A stretch of DNA of 63,935 nt, filler included, from Octopus bimaculoides (taxonomy: Eukaryota), in assembly GCF_001194135.2 (NCBI RefSeq). It is 13 parts of 11 records of this genome, joined end to end, with 100 filler letters (N's around TTAATTAATTAA, not from the genome) between each part and the next. Parts side by side here need not be neighbours in the genome. Positions count along the whole stretch, not along the records: positions 1 to 1,300 come from NW_026374041.1; positions 1,401 to 9,725 come from NC_068984.1; positions 9,826 to 27,832 come from NC_068982.1; 10 more parts are not named here. One strand, given 5' to 3'. Of this stretch, positions 1 to 10,921 are shown one piece after another. Each line of letters starts with the position of its first letter. Positions within the stretch are counted from its first letter, which is position 1. Under the pieces are notes generated by a model. That model was not told the DNA's origin. It searched no databases and was given only the letters and a program-made list of their open reading frames with translations. The translations under genes and the position numbers were made by a program.

Positions 1-71
1 ATTATATATATATATGAAGTGATGCCAGTGTACTGTGTATATACATGTATGTATATATATGTATATACGTA

Positions 72-142
<71 letters not shown>

Positions 143-292
143 GTATGTACGTGTATATATATACATATGTATATATATATATGTATATATATGTTATGTA
201 TATATGTATATGTATGTATATTTGTAAATGTATATGTATATATATATATATATGTATGTGTATATATGTGTTTATATTTGTATATGTATGTG

Positions 293-323
<31 letters not shown>

Positions 324-485
324 GTATGTGTATATATGTATTTATATATGTATGTGTATATATGTATGTATATATATGTATATATATATATATGTATGTA
401 TATTTTATATATATATGTGTGTGTATATATATATATGTATATATATATAAATATATACATGTATACATATGTATATGTTGTATGT

Positions 486-517
<32 letters not shown>

Positions 518-920
518 ACACATGTATATTATGTATACATATGTATACATATGTATATATAGTCATGTATATATATATATATATATGAATATATACATAT
601 ATAGATGAGTATACACATACATATCTGTATATATTTTTATGAATATATATATAAGTATATATATACATGTATATATATATTTANNNNNNNNNNTCTGTAT
701 ATATTTTTATGAATATATATATAAGTATATATATACATGTATATATATATTTATATATATGAATATATATATACATGTATATATATATTTATATATATGA
801 ATATATACATACATATATATTCATATATATGTTTTTATGAATATATGTATATATATATATATAAACGTATATATCGATATATTTATAGATGTATATATAT
901 ATATCTATATATATTCGTTT
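1..920. repeat. (TA)n/(TATG)n/(TC)n compound microsatellite
   Basis: Low-complexity TA/TG/TC repeats; all ORFs here are Y/I/M/C-rich translation artefacts. Confidence 0.95.
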
Positions 921-1054
921 ATATTTATATAAGGGCATTTCTACAGAATAATGCCACACACCAGACTTCCCAAATAAACACATTTTAGTACTGAATGTGA
1001 GGAAAAGCAACTCTCAAAAAAAACCCAACCTTTTTTTAAAAAAGACTCAACTAT

Positions 1055-1111
1055 ATATCGACCGATTTCACGATTGCCAGAATGAAATCTAGTTTTCGCT
1101 TGTCAGCATAG
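1055..1111 (-). ncRNA. Degenerate type I hammerhead ribozyme (G8A)
   Basis: Minus strand: uaug CUGACAA gcga..cuaga-loop-ucugg..ucgu GAAA UCGG UC gaua. Helix II is well paired and helix III AUCGGU is self-complementary. Core CUGACGA appears changed to CUGACAA, consistent with CpG decay. Confidence 0.55.
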
Positions 1112-1409
1112 AATAGTACAAATATATACAAATAAACAAAATCCTCACCTTACCAAAGCGAACACCTTATGTATCCGAGAAAGCAAATGGAATGATGTTT
1201 ATCTCTATACATCTCTGCAAAAAAGTGGTAATCTTTTTGAGTTGCTCTCAGTACACGTGTCCAAAGCGGAATAAAATTCAGCATTGAATATATTCCGGAT
1301 NNNNNNNNNNNNNNNNNNNNNNNNNNNNNNNNNNNNNNNNNNNNTTAATTAATTAANNNNNNNNNNNNNNNNNNNNNNNNNNNNNNNNNNNNNNNNNNNN
1401 TGTATAAAA

Positions 1410-1632
1410 TCAAAAAAAGCAACACGGATTTTAAAGGTTATTGCAGTACGCATGTTTCATGCTACTCCATTTATTTAAGTAATGCGGGCATTACATTAAA
1501 TGCAAAATGCAGAGCAATCTTCAGCTGCACAAGGATATAGAAAATTTACTGAAAATTTCATTTCAGCAGAATGGACATATTACTGTTGTGACAACATTTA
1601 AACTATCTAAGTGGGAAAGAAGAATACACAAA
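1410..1632 (-). mobile_element. HHR-bearing dispersed repeat (Penelope-like terminus), copy 1
   Basis: About 90% identical by eye to 35900-36126; contains an HHR motif; non-coding. Confidence 0.6.
1442..1529 (-). ncRNA. Type I hammerhead ribozyme
   Basis: Minus strand: ugcag CUGAAGA u ugcu...agca u GAAA CAUGCG UA cugca. Perfect 5-bp helix I and intact core. Confidence 0.75.
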
Positions 1633-2542
1633 AAAACCATCTTGACATAGCCAAGGCTAGCAGGCTAGTATTTAATTCTAGGTAGAATTCTGTCTATGAT
1701 TTTATTTGTTTCTTATCTAGTGATTTAAAGTTTAAGGGGGCAATCAACCTTTCACTTATAAAGAAAGGGAAGGTGTAAGCATTATACATGTATAATGCTT
1801 ACACTGTATACAATAAGTTCATTATATTAATTATTATTATTATTATTATCATTATTATTATAAATGAAAGGACCAATGGAAAAGTAATGAAAGCTAAATT
1901 GCTTTATAAATCTTTTTCATTAGATTGTACAATGTGTTCTTATTCCTAGAACTTCAAGGGGTGTAACTAGGAAATGGTTAATGAAATTTAAAAATGTCAA
2001 TATTTCAAATGAAGTAATGTGATATATTTTTGTGAAATGGCGTTTGATGCAGTTTATATAGTGTTAGTAAGAAGCTGATTGTTATTCTGTGCCATAAATA
2101 ACATCTCAATAATATGAAATAATGGAAAGAACCAATAATTTTATGTTTACTTTTAAAATATGTATCAAATATGTATCGAAGAATTTACTGCTGGAAAGCA
2201 AAGGAATTAAGGTAGAAACTGCTAACTACTTTGTCATCAGCTCAAATTTTGTGGTAGTTATAATGATGTTTCTGTTGTCAAAAACACTATCCTGTATACC
2301 TCAGTTGACTTAGTTGAAGAATAGTTGAATGTATGACATTAAGAAAAGCTTGCAGTTGTAAAAATGTGGCACAATTCAAATACAGATATGAAGATTTAAA
2401 GTTATTTGAATAAATATAGTTTGTATTATGGATTATGAAATATAAAACCTTGCAAAATTAAATATTAGAAGAATCTAGGATTACCACCATCTTGTAGCTT
2501 TTGCTGAAAAATAAGTATAGAAATTGTTTTCTAACATTGCAG

Positions 2543-2650
2543 GAATTAGATAGCAAAGAAAGTGTGCAACCTGGTGATGAAAGTGATAAAATGTTCAGTG
2601 AAATTCTTGAACAGTCTGTGCAGTCAAGCAACAAAGAATTAGCTGGTCAG
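2543..2650 (+). CDS. Internal coding exon (phase 0/0) of an unidentified gene: ELDSKESVQPGDESDKMFSEILEQSVQSSNKELAGQ
   Basis: Acceptor ttttctaacattgcAG, donor CAG|GTAAGA, 108 nt open, non-repetitive acidic sequence, phase-compatible with the next exon. Confidence 0.75.
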
Positions 2651-3339
2651 GTAAGATTTGATTTTATATTCCATTCTTCCTTTATTTAACAGAATTACTG
2701 CAGTAGTGCTGAGAAATCATTGATAACATAAACTTTCCTTTAGAGTGTTGATCTTACAGGATTTTGATAAATGTTGAGATGCACAGTGCTTGGTACAATA
2801 AACTAATTTTTTTTTTCGAAAAACATGGTTGAAAGTATTGAAGTAATTTTTCTCATAACATTAGTTATGTCTATTCTTGTGAGCTAATTTTACATCACTA
2901 CCATCTCTTTATGCTACTGTATCAAACTAGTGTAGCCATGTATCTCCTCTACAATTAGGTACTTGTCCCTGTCCCTCTATCATACTTTAAGTTCTCGACA
3001 TCTACAGCGAAACCACCTGTCTCAATACTGCACCCTCACTCAGTCAATGGGTCTTGTCTTGCGAGTTAGTTGGTAACTTCACTAATGCTGGTGCCACATC
3101 AAAAATGCACCCACTACATACTGTAAAGTGGTTGGCATTATGATATATCTTAAGTAGTAATTTATCTGGTTATTTTGTTGCTTTCATTTTCTGATAGTCT
3201 GCTTATAAGGTTGATGCTTATGCACTGTTAATTTACAAGCAGAATATGAGCTTGTGTATTAATTATCTGGAAAAGTTAGGGAAACGATGAATTTTCATAG
3301 AGAATAGTTTTGTCTCTCAACTCAGTATATCAATATCAA

Positions 3340-3497
3340 GCATGACTGTGTACTTAGAAGTTTGCTTCTCCACCACATGGTCCTGGGTTCAGTCGCACAG
3401 CATGGCACCTTGGGCAAGAAGTGTCTTCTATTATATCTTCTGGTTGGCCTAAGCTTTGTGAGTGGATTTGGTAGATGGAAAATGAAAGAAGCTCTTC

Positions 3498-3528
<31 letters not shown>

Positions 3529-3552
3529 TGTGTGTGTGTGTGTGTATGTATA

Positions 3553-3590
<38 letters not shown>
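3340..3590 (+). mobile_element. tRNA-derived SINE family A with microsatellite tail
   Basis: gggttcagtc B-box-like motif plus ...gtgagtggatttggtagatggaaa..gaaagaagc body, repeated many times in the window. Confidence 0.85.
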
Positions 3591-3591
<1 letters not shown>

Positions 3592-4165
3592 CAGTTATTT
3601 GTGAGGGATTATCAATCCAAGCAAAATACTTTATGGTCTCTGTGTTAGTACACCAGGCTAACAATATTGTTTTGATTAGTGAAGAACTTCACGTATTCTT
3701 GTGGCAGGGTCCAACATTCTATTTTGTCACTGTTCTATATTGTAAATCTATGGTTGTGATCCATTTATACTGGCTTCTACACAGTGATATACAAAACAAA
3801 ATATGTAATGCCCATTATTTATGCCTTGTCTTTCATATATATATATAAAATATTATATTATATTATATATGCGTGTGTCTCTTTGTCCTGATGTTGTGTA
3901 ATAATTGTAAAATGATTATCACTGTCATACAAGCAATTTCTAGTATTATACAAGAATGTTTGGCCATGGGGAAATATTGCCTTGCTTGGAAACAAGTGTG
4001 TTGGCGACAGGAAGAGCATCGGGCCTCAGAAAACTCTGTCCAACCCATGCAAGCATGGAAAAGCAAACATTGAAATGATGTTGATAATAATGACGATGAT
4101 TGATAGTATGGCATGAATTACATTCTGCTATATTTATGCATTTTTCTCCTTTTCTCAAAATCTAG

Positions 4166-4372
4166 AATGAACCAATGAATGCTGACATTCTGCAACAGGC
4201 TCTTGAAAACAGTGGCCTTCCTAGTGTAAATATTACAGGTGAGCAAGAAACTAATGAGGAGGTTGTTTCTAGCTCTGTTCAAGCTGCAACCACTACAACA
4301 ACTCAAGCTTTGTTTACTACGACAGTGCATGACGCAGCAACTGGTGCTCCCAAGATGCATACTATTCGAAAG
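4166..4372 (+). CDS. Internal coding exon (phase 0/0): NEPMNADILQQALENSGLPSVNITGEQETNEEVVSSSVQAATTTTTQALFTTTVHDAATGAPKMHTIRK
   Basis: Pyrimidine tract tttttctccttttctcaaaatctAG, donor AAG|GTTTGT, 207 nt open, S/T/E/Q-rich disordered-type sequence in frame with the 2543-2650 exon. Confidence 0.8.
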
Positions 4373-4559
4373 GTTTGTACATTTTTCTTGAATTTCCTAA
4401 AGATCTTCATCTTAGTAGCATCTTCATTGTTATCGTTATCATTGCTGTTATCGTCATCAGCATCATCATCATTGCTATCATTCATCATTGTTGTCATCAC
4501 GGTTGTCATCGTTGTCCTCCTTCTTGTCATCATCATTTTATGTGTCCAGGTTTTTTTCC

Positions 4560-5290
4560 CTTCCTGTTCATAAGTACTTTTACATGGCACCGGCACAGGT
4601 GCTTTTTATGTGGCGTCAACACCCATGAGCCCACAAGCTGAGTGATCCTAATCATGTGGGCTTATTGGTGCTGGTGCCACATAAAAAACACCTGTGCTGA
4701 TGTCACATAAAAACACCCCCTGCTGGTGCTGCATAAAAGCACCCCGTACACTCTGTAAAGTGATTGGTGTTAGGAAAGACATCCAGCTGTTGTAACCATC
4801 CAAAACAGACATGGAGCCCAGGCAGCTCTTCAGCTGGTCAGCTCCTGTCAAACTGTCCAGCCCTGCCAGTATGTAAAATGGATGTTAAATGATGATGATT
4901 GGCATAGTTGGATAAATCTCACAGTCTCTTCCCATCATCCATCATCATCTGGTACATCATCATCATCATCATCCGGTACATCATCATCATCATCATCATC
5001 ATCGTTTAACGTCCGCTTTCCATGCTAGCATGGGTTGGACGATTTGACTGAGGACTGGCAAGCCAGAAGGTTGCNNNNNNNNNNTGCTAGCATGGGTTGG
5101 ACGATTTGACTGAGGACTGGCAAGCCAGAAGGTTGCACCAGGCTCCAATCTGATCTGGCAGAGTTTCTACAGCTGGAAGCCCTTCATAATGCCAACCACT
5201 CTGAGAATGTAGTGGGTGCTTTTACGTGCTACCGGCACGAGGGCCAGTCACGCGGTACTGGCAACGGCCACGCTCAAAAAGGTGTTTTAG
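4560..5290. mobile_element. Two oppositely oriented copies of an RTE-tail SINE/LINE 3' end meeting at (CAT)n tails
   Basis: gcatccagctgtagaaac-type body and ...gttaaatgatgatgat tail on +; the reverse complement starts near 4990. Confidence 0.75.
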
Positions 5291-5949
5291 CAAAAAAAGA
5301 TCTGAATATCTTTGTTACATTAACTTGATGCCCTTCTTCTTACAACCAATCACCACCATGAGAGAGGTTGCCTCAGACAAGACTTTTCTATTTTACATGA
5401 TCGTAATTCCTTCCTTTTTGGCATAGCTGCAAGCATGACTGTATTGTTGTTGTTGGTAGTAGTAGTAGTAGTAGTAACATCCCATGGTTTTGCCACTGCA
5501 GGGCACCTTTTGCTAGTATCTTTCATTATAGTCTTGGACTGACCAAAGCCATGTGAGTGGATTTGGTAGATGGAAACCAAAAGAAGCCTGTTGTATGTAT
5601 GTATGTGTGTGGGAGGTGAGAGAGGATGTATATGTGTGTCTCCTTGTTTTGACATCACATGATTGTTGTAAATGAATGTCTTTCATCTCCAGTATTCTGT
5701 TAAGACATGTCTATTGGCCATGGGGAAATATTACCTTGCTTTGAAACAGGTAAAGATGGTGACAGGAAGAGCACCCAGTCGTAGTAGATCAGTCTCAACA
5801 AACTATTTGACCTATGGGAAAGTGGATATTTTAACAATGAGGATGATGATACCCTTTCTATCACAAAATAGTTTACAGCATAGCCTGGAAACTTTTTATT
5901 GTGCCACCAGCACTGGAGATGTTCACCGTAGGAAGACTAAGAAGTTCCC

Positions 5950-6635
5950 TTAATCCTTTTGATACCAACCTGCCCAAGATCACCCCTGCTTCTATGATAC
6001 AAACTTTCTATATAAAGTGATGATGATGATCATTATCATCTTCATTTAGCGACTGCTTTCCATTCTTGATGGGTTAGACAGTTTAACTGGAACTGGTAAA
6101 TCAGACAGCTGTACCAGGTTCCAGTCTGATTTGGCTTGGTTTCTACAGCTGGATGCCCTTCCTAGCACCAACCATTCCAAGAGTGTTGTGGGTGCCTTTT
6201 ATGTGCCACTGGTACAGGTGCCTTTTATGTGCCACCAGCACAGGTGCCATTTACATGTCACTGTCATAGATGTCATTTACATATCACTGGCGCAGGTACC
6301 CTGAATGTGTCACTGGCACAGGCCATGACTATGATTTCACTTGGCTTGATGAGTCTTCTCAAACACCACAAACTGCCAAAAGTCTCGATCATTTGTCATC
6401 GCCTCCATGGGATCCAACATTCAAAGATCATGCTTCACCACCTTGTCCCATGTCTTCTTGGGCCTACCTCTTCCACAGGTTCCTTAAAATTTCTCATTAA
6501 AATTCATTGTTAATTTATGTTCTAATTACCAGCTTAGTGATGATTAAGATATTTGACCAAATTCTTTATTACTTTCAAAATTAATTGAAAAAAATGCAAT
6601 GTAGTTCAACAGAAATAAGATAACAGAAAGGTTAA
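5950..6635. mobile_element. piggyBac-like MITE interrupted by an RTE-derived insert
   Basis: TTAA-tccttt... and ...aaagg-TTAA ends; right part resembles 34695-34881; interior 6025-6482 is RTE-derived. Confidence 0.6.
6025..6482 (-). mobile_element. RTE LINE 3' end
   Basis: Minus translation GRGRPKKTWDKVVKHDL matches the RTE ORF C-terminus also seen at 47209 and about 52300; (ATG)n tail. Confidence 0.75.
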
Positions 6636-6919
6636 CTCTGCATCGTTTTTATACAGAATTTCTAGTTTCTTACATGTGTCTGGCTTTCCATTATGTCGGC
6701 AGAAGGATTTCATTAAAATGGGTGGCAATCATAATGACAGTCTAGGTGTCTTTGAGAATGATTTGTCACCATAATATTGGAGTGGATGATTAGAGTTAGT
6801 GTCTCTTTTATTGGTTTTTGTTTTTCATTTAGGGTTCTTATTTCTTCAAAATATGTCACTCTGTTTTGTAAGTAGAAGACTTAAGGGTTGTCTTTGCTCA
6901 CAGCTTGTATCTATGGGAA

Positions 6920-6956
<37 letters not shown>

Positions 6957-7085
6957 AAAGGCATCCAGCCACAACCATGCCAAAGCAGACCTTGGAGCTT
7001 GATGCAGTCCTTGGACACAATAGATCCTGTAAAACCTCCAACTCATGTCAGCATGGAACATAGGCATTAAATGATAATGATGACA

Positions 7086-7116
<31 letters not shown>

Positions 7117-7324
7117 GTGTGTATATATATATATATGTGTATATATATATATATATTGTGAAATATATTTGCCACCTATATGTGTCTAACCCTTAAGGGT
7201 TGATGCTACTGTAGCTTGTAGCCCCTAGAAGACATCTACTCCAGCTGGTTATTGACACACTATCTGTGCCCTATCAGTATTTGCAAAGGGAAGTCATCCT
7301 TCCCATTTCCAGCCTGACGCGATA

Positions 7325-7369
7325 CACACAGACCTGAGCTTCTGGGTATTGACCCATCATCAGCATGTG
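7325..7369 (-). ncRNA. Compact hammerhead ribozyme (A15.1G variant)
   Basis: Minus strand: cacaug CUGAUGA ugggu caau accca GAAG CUCAGG UC ugugug. 6-bp helix I, 5-bp helix II with a tetraloop. Confidence 0.65.
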
Positions 7370-7518
7370 ACAACCACCGGCTGGCAATATATTTCTTTAT
7401 TAAGATAATAATATCTAACACAGAAGGGACAAACAAGACAGAACAAACAGATAAATGTTAGTGAAGTCGGATGAAACTTAAAAATTTTGATGATTATACA
7501 ATATGATATATTCTGAAC

Positions 7519-9160
7519 TTTTTATGGCCAGGGCGGGGATTCTCCCTGATGGGCGGAAAGCCCAGCGACTATACCTTTATTTTTCTCCATGGAGATTAAG
7601 CCAGGTCACTTGCATCCACCTTTCTTACCACATCCTTCCATCTTTTCTCAAACATGCCTCGCGACAGTTGTCTCCTCTCCAGCCCTATCTTGCTCTTCAG
7701 ATGATATCTGAAATAAGTGAGCAATCTGGGGCCAGAGATGAAGGTTCCCGTCACGAGTCCTTGCATTCTTGTCTTCCAAACACTCTTTCAACACTGCCAC
7801 TGTAAGGAGAAAACATGCCTCACCTTCCTTTGAGAGTCCGGTGGGCGGCACAATCTTAATTATAGATCCAGCTGATAGCAGTACTCAACCTAGGTGTGAC
7901 AACACATGTTCAACGTAAATTATGAAGCCTGAAAGCTCCTGACAGTGTACAAAAGCATGCTGGACAGTTTCATCGTCCAGCTCGCAATTTGGACATGTCA
8001 TTGGCACTACCATTCCGTGCCTGAATAACTTATCTCGAACAGGTAAAGCATTCATGTAGCACTGCCAGGTCAGGGATTTTTGGTAATTATCCAAATACTC
8101 CGGCCTGAAAGTCTTTTGGAACAGGTTGGTAAGCTGGTTCTCACCGAACCCCAGAACCCCTCCTAGGACATTGTCATTTTTAGTTTCTACCAACCCTCTA
8201 TACAAAACCGAGGTGGTATTCCCACTGCCAGCCTTGCCCATCTTGTGGATCAACATGAGTGCTTGTTGATACTCCTTTTGCCATTCTGTCAGATTCTGTT
8301 TTTTAATAAAACCGGGTTTAAACCTCTCTAAGTAGGTTGGTTGCAGAAAGAATTGCTCCGCCAGCGAATTCCACACCTTATCACCTTCCAGGTAGCGCCA
8401 GAGATATCTTAGCCTCAACGCATGCGTGCGCATCATAAGCCTTAGCATCCCTAACCCACTCTTTAGTGGTTCCTGACTGCAGACAGAGCGCCTTACAAGT
8501 GGCTTTCTTTCCACAATAGGCAGAAGTGGAGGTGCTCCAACTTGTGTAGCCATAAGTCGGGGCAAGGGACAGCGGTTAGGCAGTAGGTGATTACAGATGC
8601 GAAAAACACCTGTACCACCTCTGCCCTTCCTTTCAGGAATAGAGCCCGTCTGGACCAAGTCTGAACTAGAGCTTCCACCCTGTCTGCCACCTCGCTCCAA
8701 TTCTTCTCTGTTTGGGAGTCCAGTCCAAACCAAACTCCAAGCAACTTAACAGGACCATCTGTCCAGTGACCCATGACACTGGATGATACCAGCTTGCTTC
8801 TCCAGCTGTCAAGGCGCAAGCCGATGGACTTGTCCTTGTTAACTTTTGCTCCTGCCTCGTATCCTTTGATAGCGTCCTCTACACAAGGTAGCTGAGCCTC
8901 ATAGGACACAATGATGGTGACGTCATCTGCATAAGCAGAGACCGACTTACTGCATCCGATTTCATTGGGGGTGTGTCTCAAATTCTCCAACTTCCTCAGT
9001 AATGGCTCAAGAGCCAAAATGTACAGAAGTGGGGAAAGGGGACACCTTGACGAACTGAGCACTTGATCAAAAATGGCTCTGACAGGTAGCCGTTTATCTG
9101 AACAATGGATTGGATGCCGCTATACATTGCAGAGATCCACCTACAGAGGTCCGGGCTGCA
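7519..9160 (-). mobile_element. 5'-truncated Tx1/L1-clade LINE ORF2 (RT plus C-terminal zinc knuckle), frameshifted
   Basis: CPLSPLLYILALEPL, SAYADDVTII, LSLKGRAEV-like and CPNCELDDETVQHAFVHC motifs in ORFs 8493-9062 and 7885-8733. Confidence 0.9.
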
Positions 9161-9264
9161 GTTTCCGGCTCAGAATTTCTGGAACCACTGTTTAAACTGG
9201 CTTACACTTATTGTCTGATCCCCCATATACTGCATTAATATTCCTCACACTTTCTGTTGTGTTG

Positions 9265-9316
9265 TAACTCCACTTAGGTGATCATAAAAGATATAATGGT
9301 CACCTAAGTGGAGTTA
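9265..9316. repeat. 21-bp inverted repeat with a 10-nt loop
   Basis: taactccacttaggtgatcat / atggtcacctaagtggagtta (20 of 21 complementary, remaining pair U-G). Confidence 0.9.
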
Positions 9317-9325
9317 GCTCCTTTT

Positions 9326-9442
9326 GAACCCTGAAGAAGTCCAACCATAAAATAATATGACTGTGGCAATTTTCTCTACATTAAACATGTTTTGAAAATT
9401 CGTAAGTACTTATTGGTTTGACAGAAACATATATGTAGGTTC
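9326..9442 (+). ncRNA. Type I hammerhead ribozyme
   Basis: gaacc CUGAAGA a guccaacca...uugguuugac a GAAA CAUAUAUG UA gguuc. 5-bp helix I, extended helix II, palindromic helix III ACAUAUAUGU. Confidence 0.85.
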
Positions 9443-9609
9443 TTCTTGTGTTTTATTCTTAACTTTTTTGAGTTTTCATCTTCCAATTTATTTGTAATGT
9501 TTTTTTAAAAGAACGTCATCTTTCTGCAACATGCAAATAAATCAGTAATTACATCCATTTATTCTCTATTTTCTTCACCTTGTTTTTTTCCCTATATATA
9601 TATATATAT

Positions 9610-9654
<45 letters not shown>

Positions 9655-10561
9655 AATATATATAAGGATATATATAATATATATATATATTATATATAAG
9701 AATATATATAATATATATATATATANNNNNNNNNNNNNNNNNNNNNNNNNNNNNNNNNNNNNNNNNNNNTTAATTAATTAANNNNNNNNNNNNNNNNNNN
9801 NNNNNNNNNNNNNNNNNNNNNNNNNATATATATAGATAGATAGATATATATTTATTTATTTATTTATTTATACATGCACACGCTCATATGCGCATATATA
9901 TGGGTTTGGTTATGTGAATGTATGCGCTTCTGTATGCACGTGCATATGTATACAAATATGTTTGTCTAGAGTTCAAGTAGACTCAGTTAAGCTACTTTGA
10001 TTTCGTGTGCCTTTAAAACAGATGAACCTCTGATTCGAATGTACCTCACACAATATTAATACATTTTTGTGTGAAAAAAATGAGAGGAACGAAAAAACTC
10101 ATATTGTTCAAACTGATTATTTCCCGGCTTACTACTATTTTCGGCACCACAGTTATTCTGCACGCCACTGACAAGTGAAGTCTAATCTATGTTGACATTT
10201 ACGAAGCAAGGGAGGTAATTCTGTCCACCCTTCTCACATAAAAGTGATTTTTTTAACGCCACACCTTAAAAATAGAAAGCTGGAAATTTTGGAATTTCTA
10301 AATTTACAATGATAACTTTAGGAACTGGCATGAACACCAAAACAAGTTCCTCTCTTTAAAAAAAAGATATTATGTCTGTGTGATAATACTTACATAGTAT
10401 ATTTTATGTCAAATTTCTGGAACCTTAGAGCAAGAGTACCCGACCACCTAATCGTGGATCATTTGGTACCGGCTCACGCAGAAAGAAAACATTAATTAAT
10501 GCTTTTTAGTTACTATCGCAGTCTGCGAAGTTTTTTTGCATTAAATATGTATTATATACGT

Positions 10562-10921
10562 ATCGGTTTCGGCGACGAGCTTTCCAGTTGACCCGATCAG
10601 CGGAACAGCCTGCTCGTGAAATTAACGTGCAAGTGGCTGAGCACTCCACAGTCACGTGTACCCTTAAAGTAGTTCTCGGGGATATTCAGCGTGGCACAGT
10701 GTGACAAGGCTGACTCTTTGAATTACAGGCACAACAGAAACAAGAAGTAAGAGTGAGAGAAAGTTGTGGTGAAAGAGTACAGCAGGGTTCGCTACCATCC
10801 CCTGCCGGAGCCTCGTGGAGCTTTAGGTGTTTTCGCTCAATAAACACTCACAACGCCCGGTCTGGGAATCGAAACCGCAATCATATGACAGCGAGTCCGG
10901 TTCTTTGTGTAACCATTAGAT
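10562..10921 (-). mobile_element. tRNA-derived SINE family C
   Basis: Reverse-complement match to 35286-35625; ggtttcgattccc B-box on the minus strand. Confidence 0.85.

Noticed and set aside
19-668. Long YI/CV/HT-rich ORFs and X-containing ORFs across the window
   Set aside because: Translations of microsatellites or N runs.
625-750. Direct repeats flanking 10-N gaps (also about 5020-5136)
   Set aside because: Most likely unmerged overlapping contig ends.
1345-1356. TTAATTAATTAA recurring inside about 100-nt N blocks throughout the window
   Set aside because: Assembly gap spacer containing stops in all six frames; not biological.
2234-2240. Isolated CUGANGA heptamers (2234, 13066, 37449, 46346, 53686, 61786 and others)
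   Set aside because: No downstream GAAA/helix III/helix I arrangement; expected by chance.
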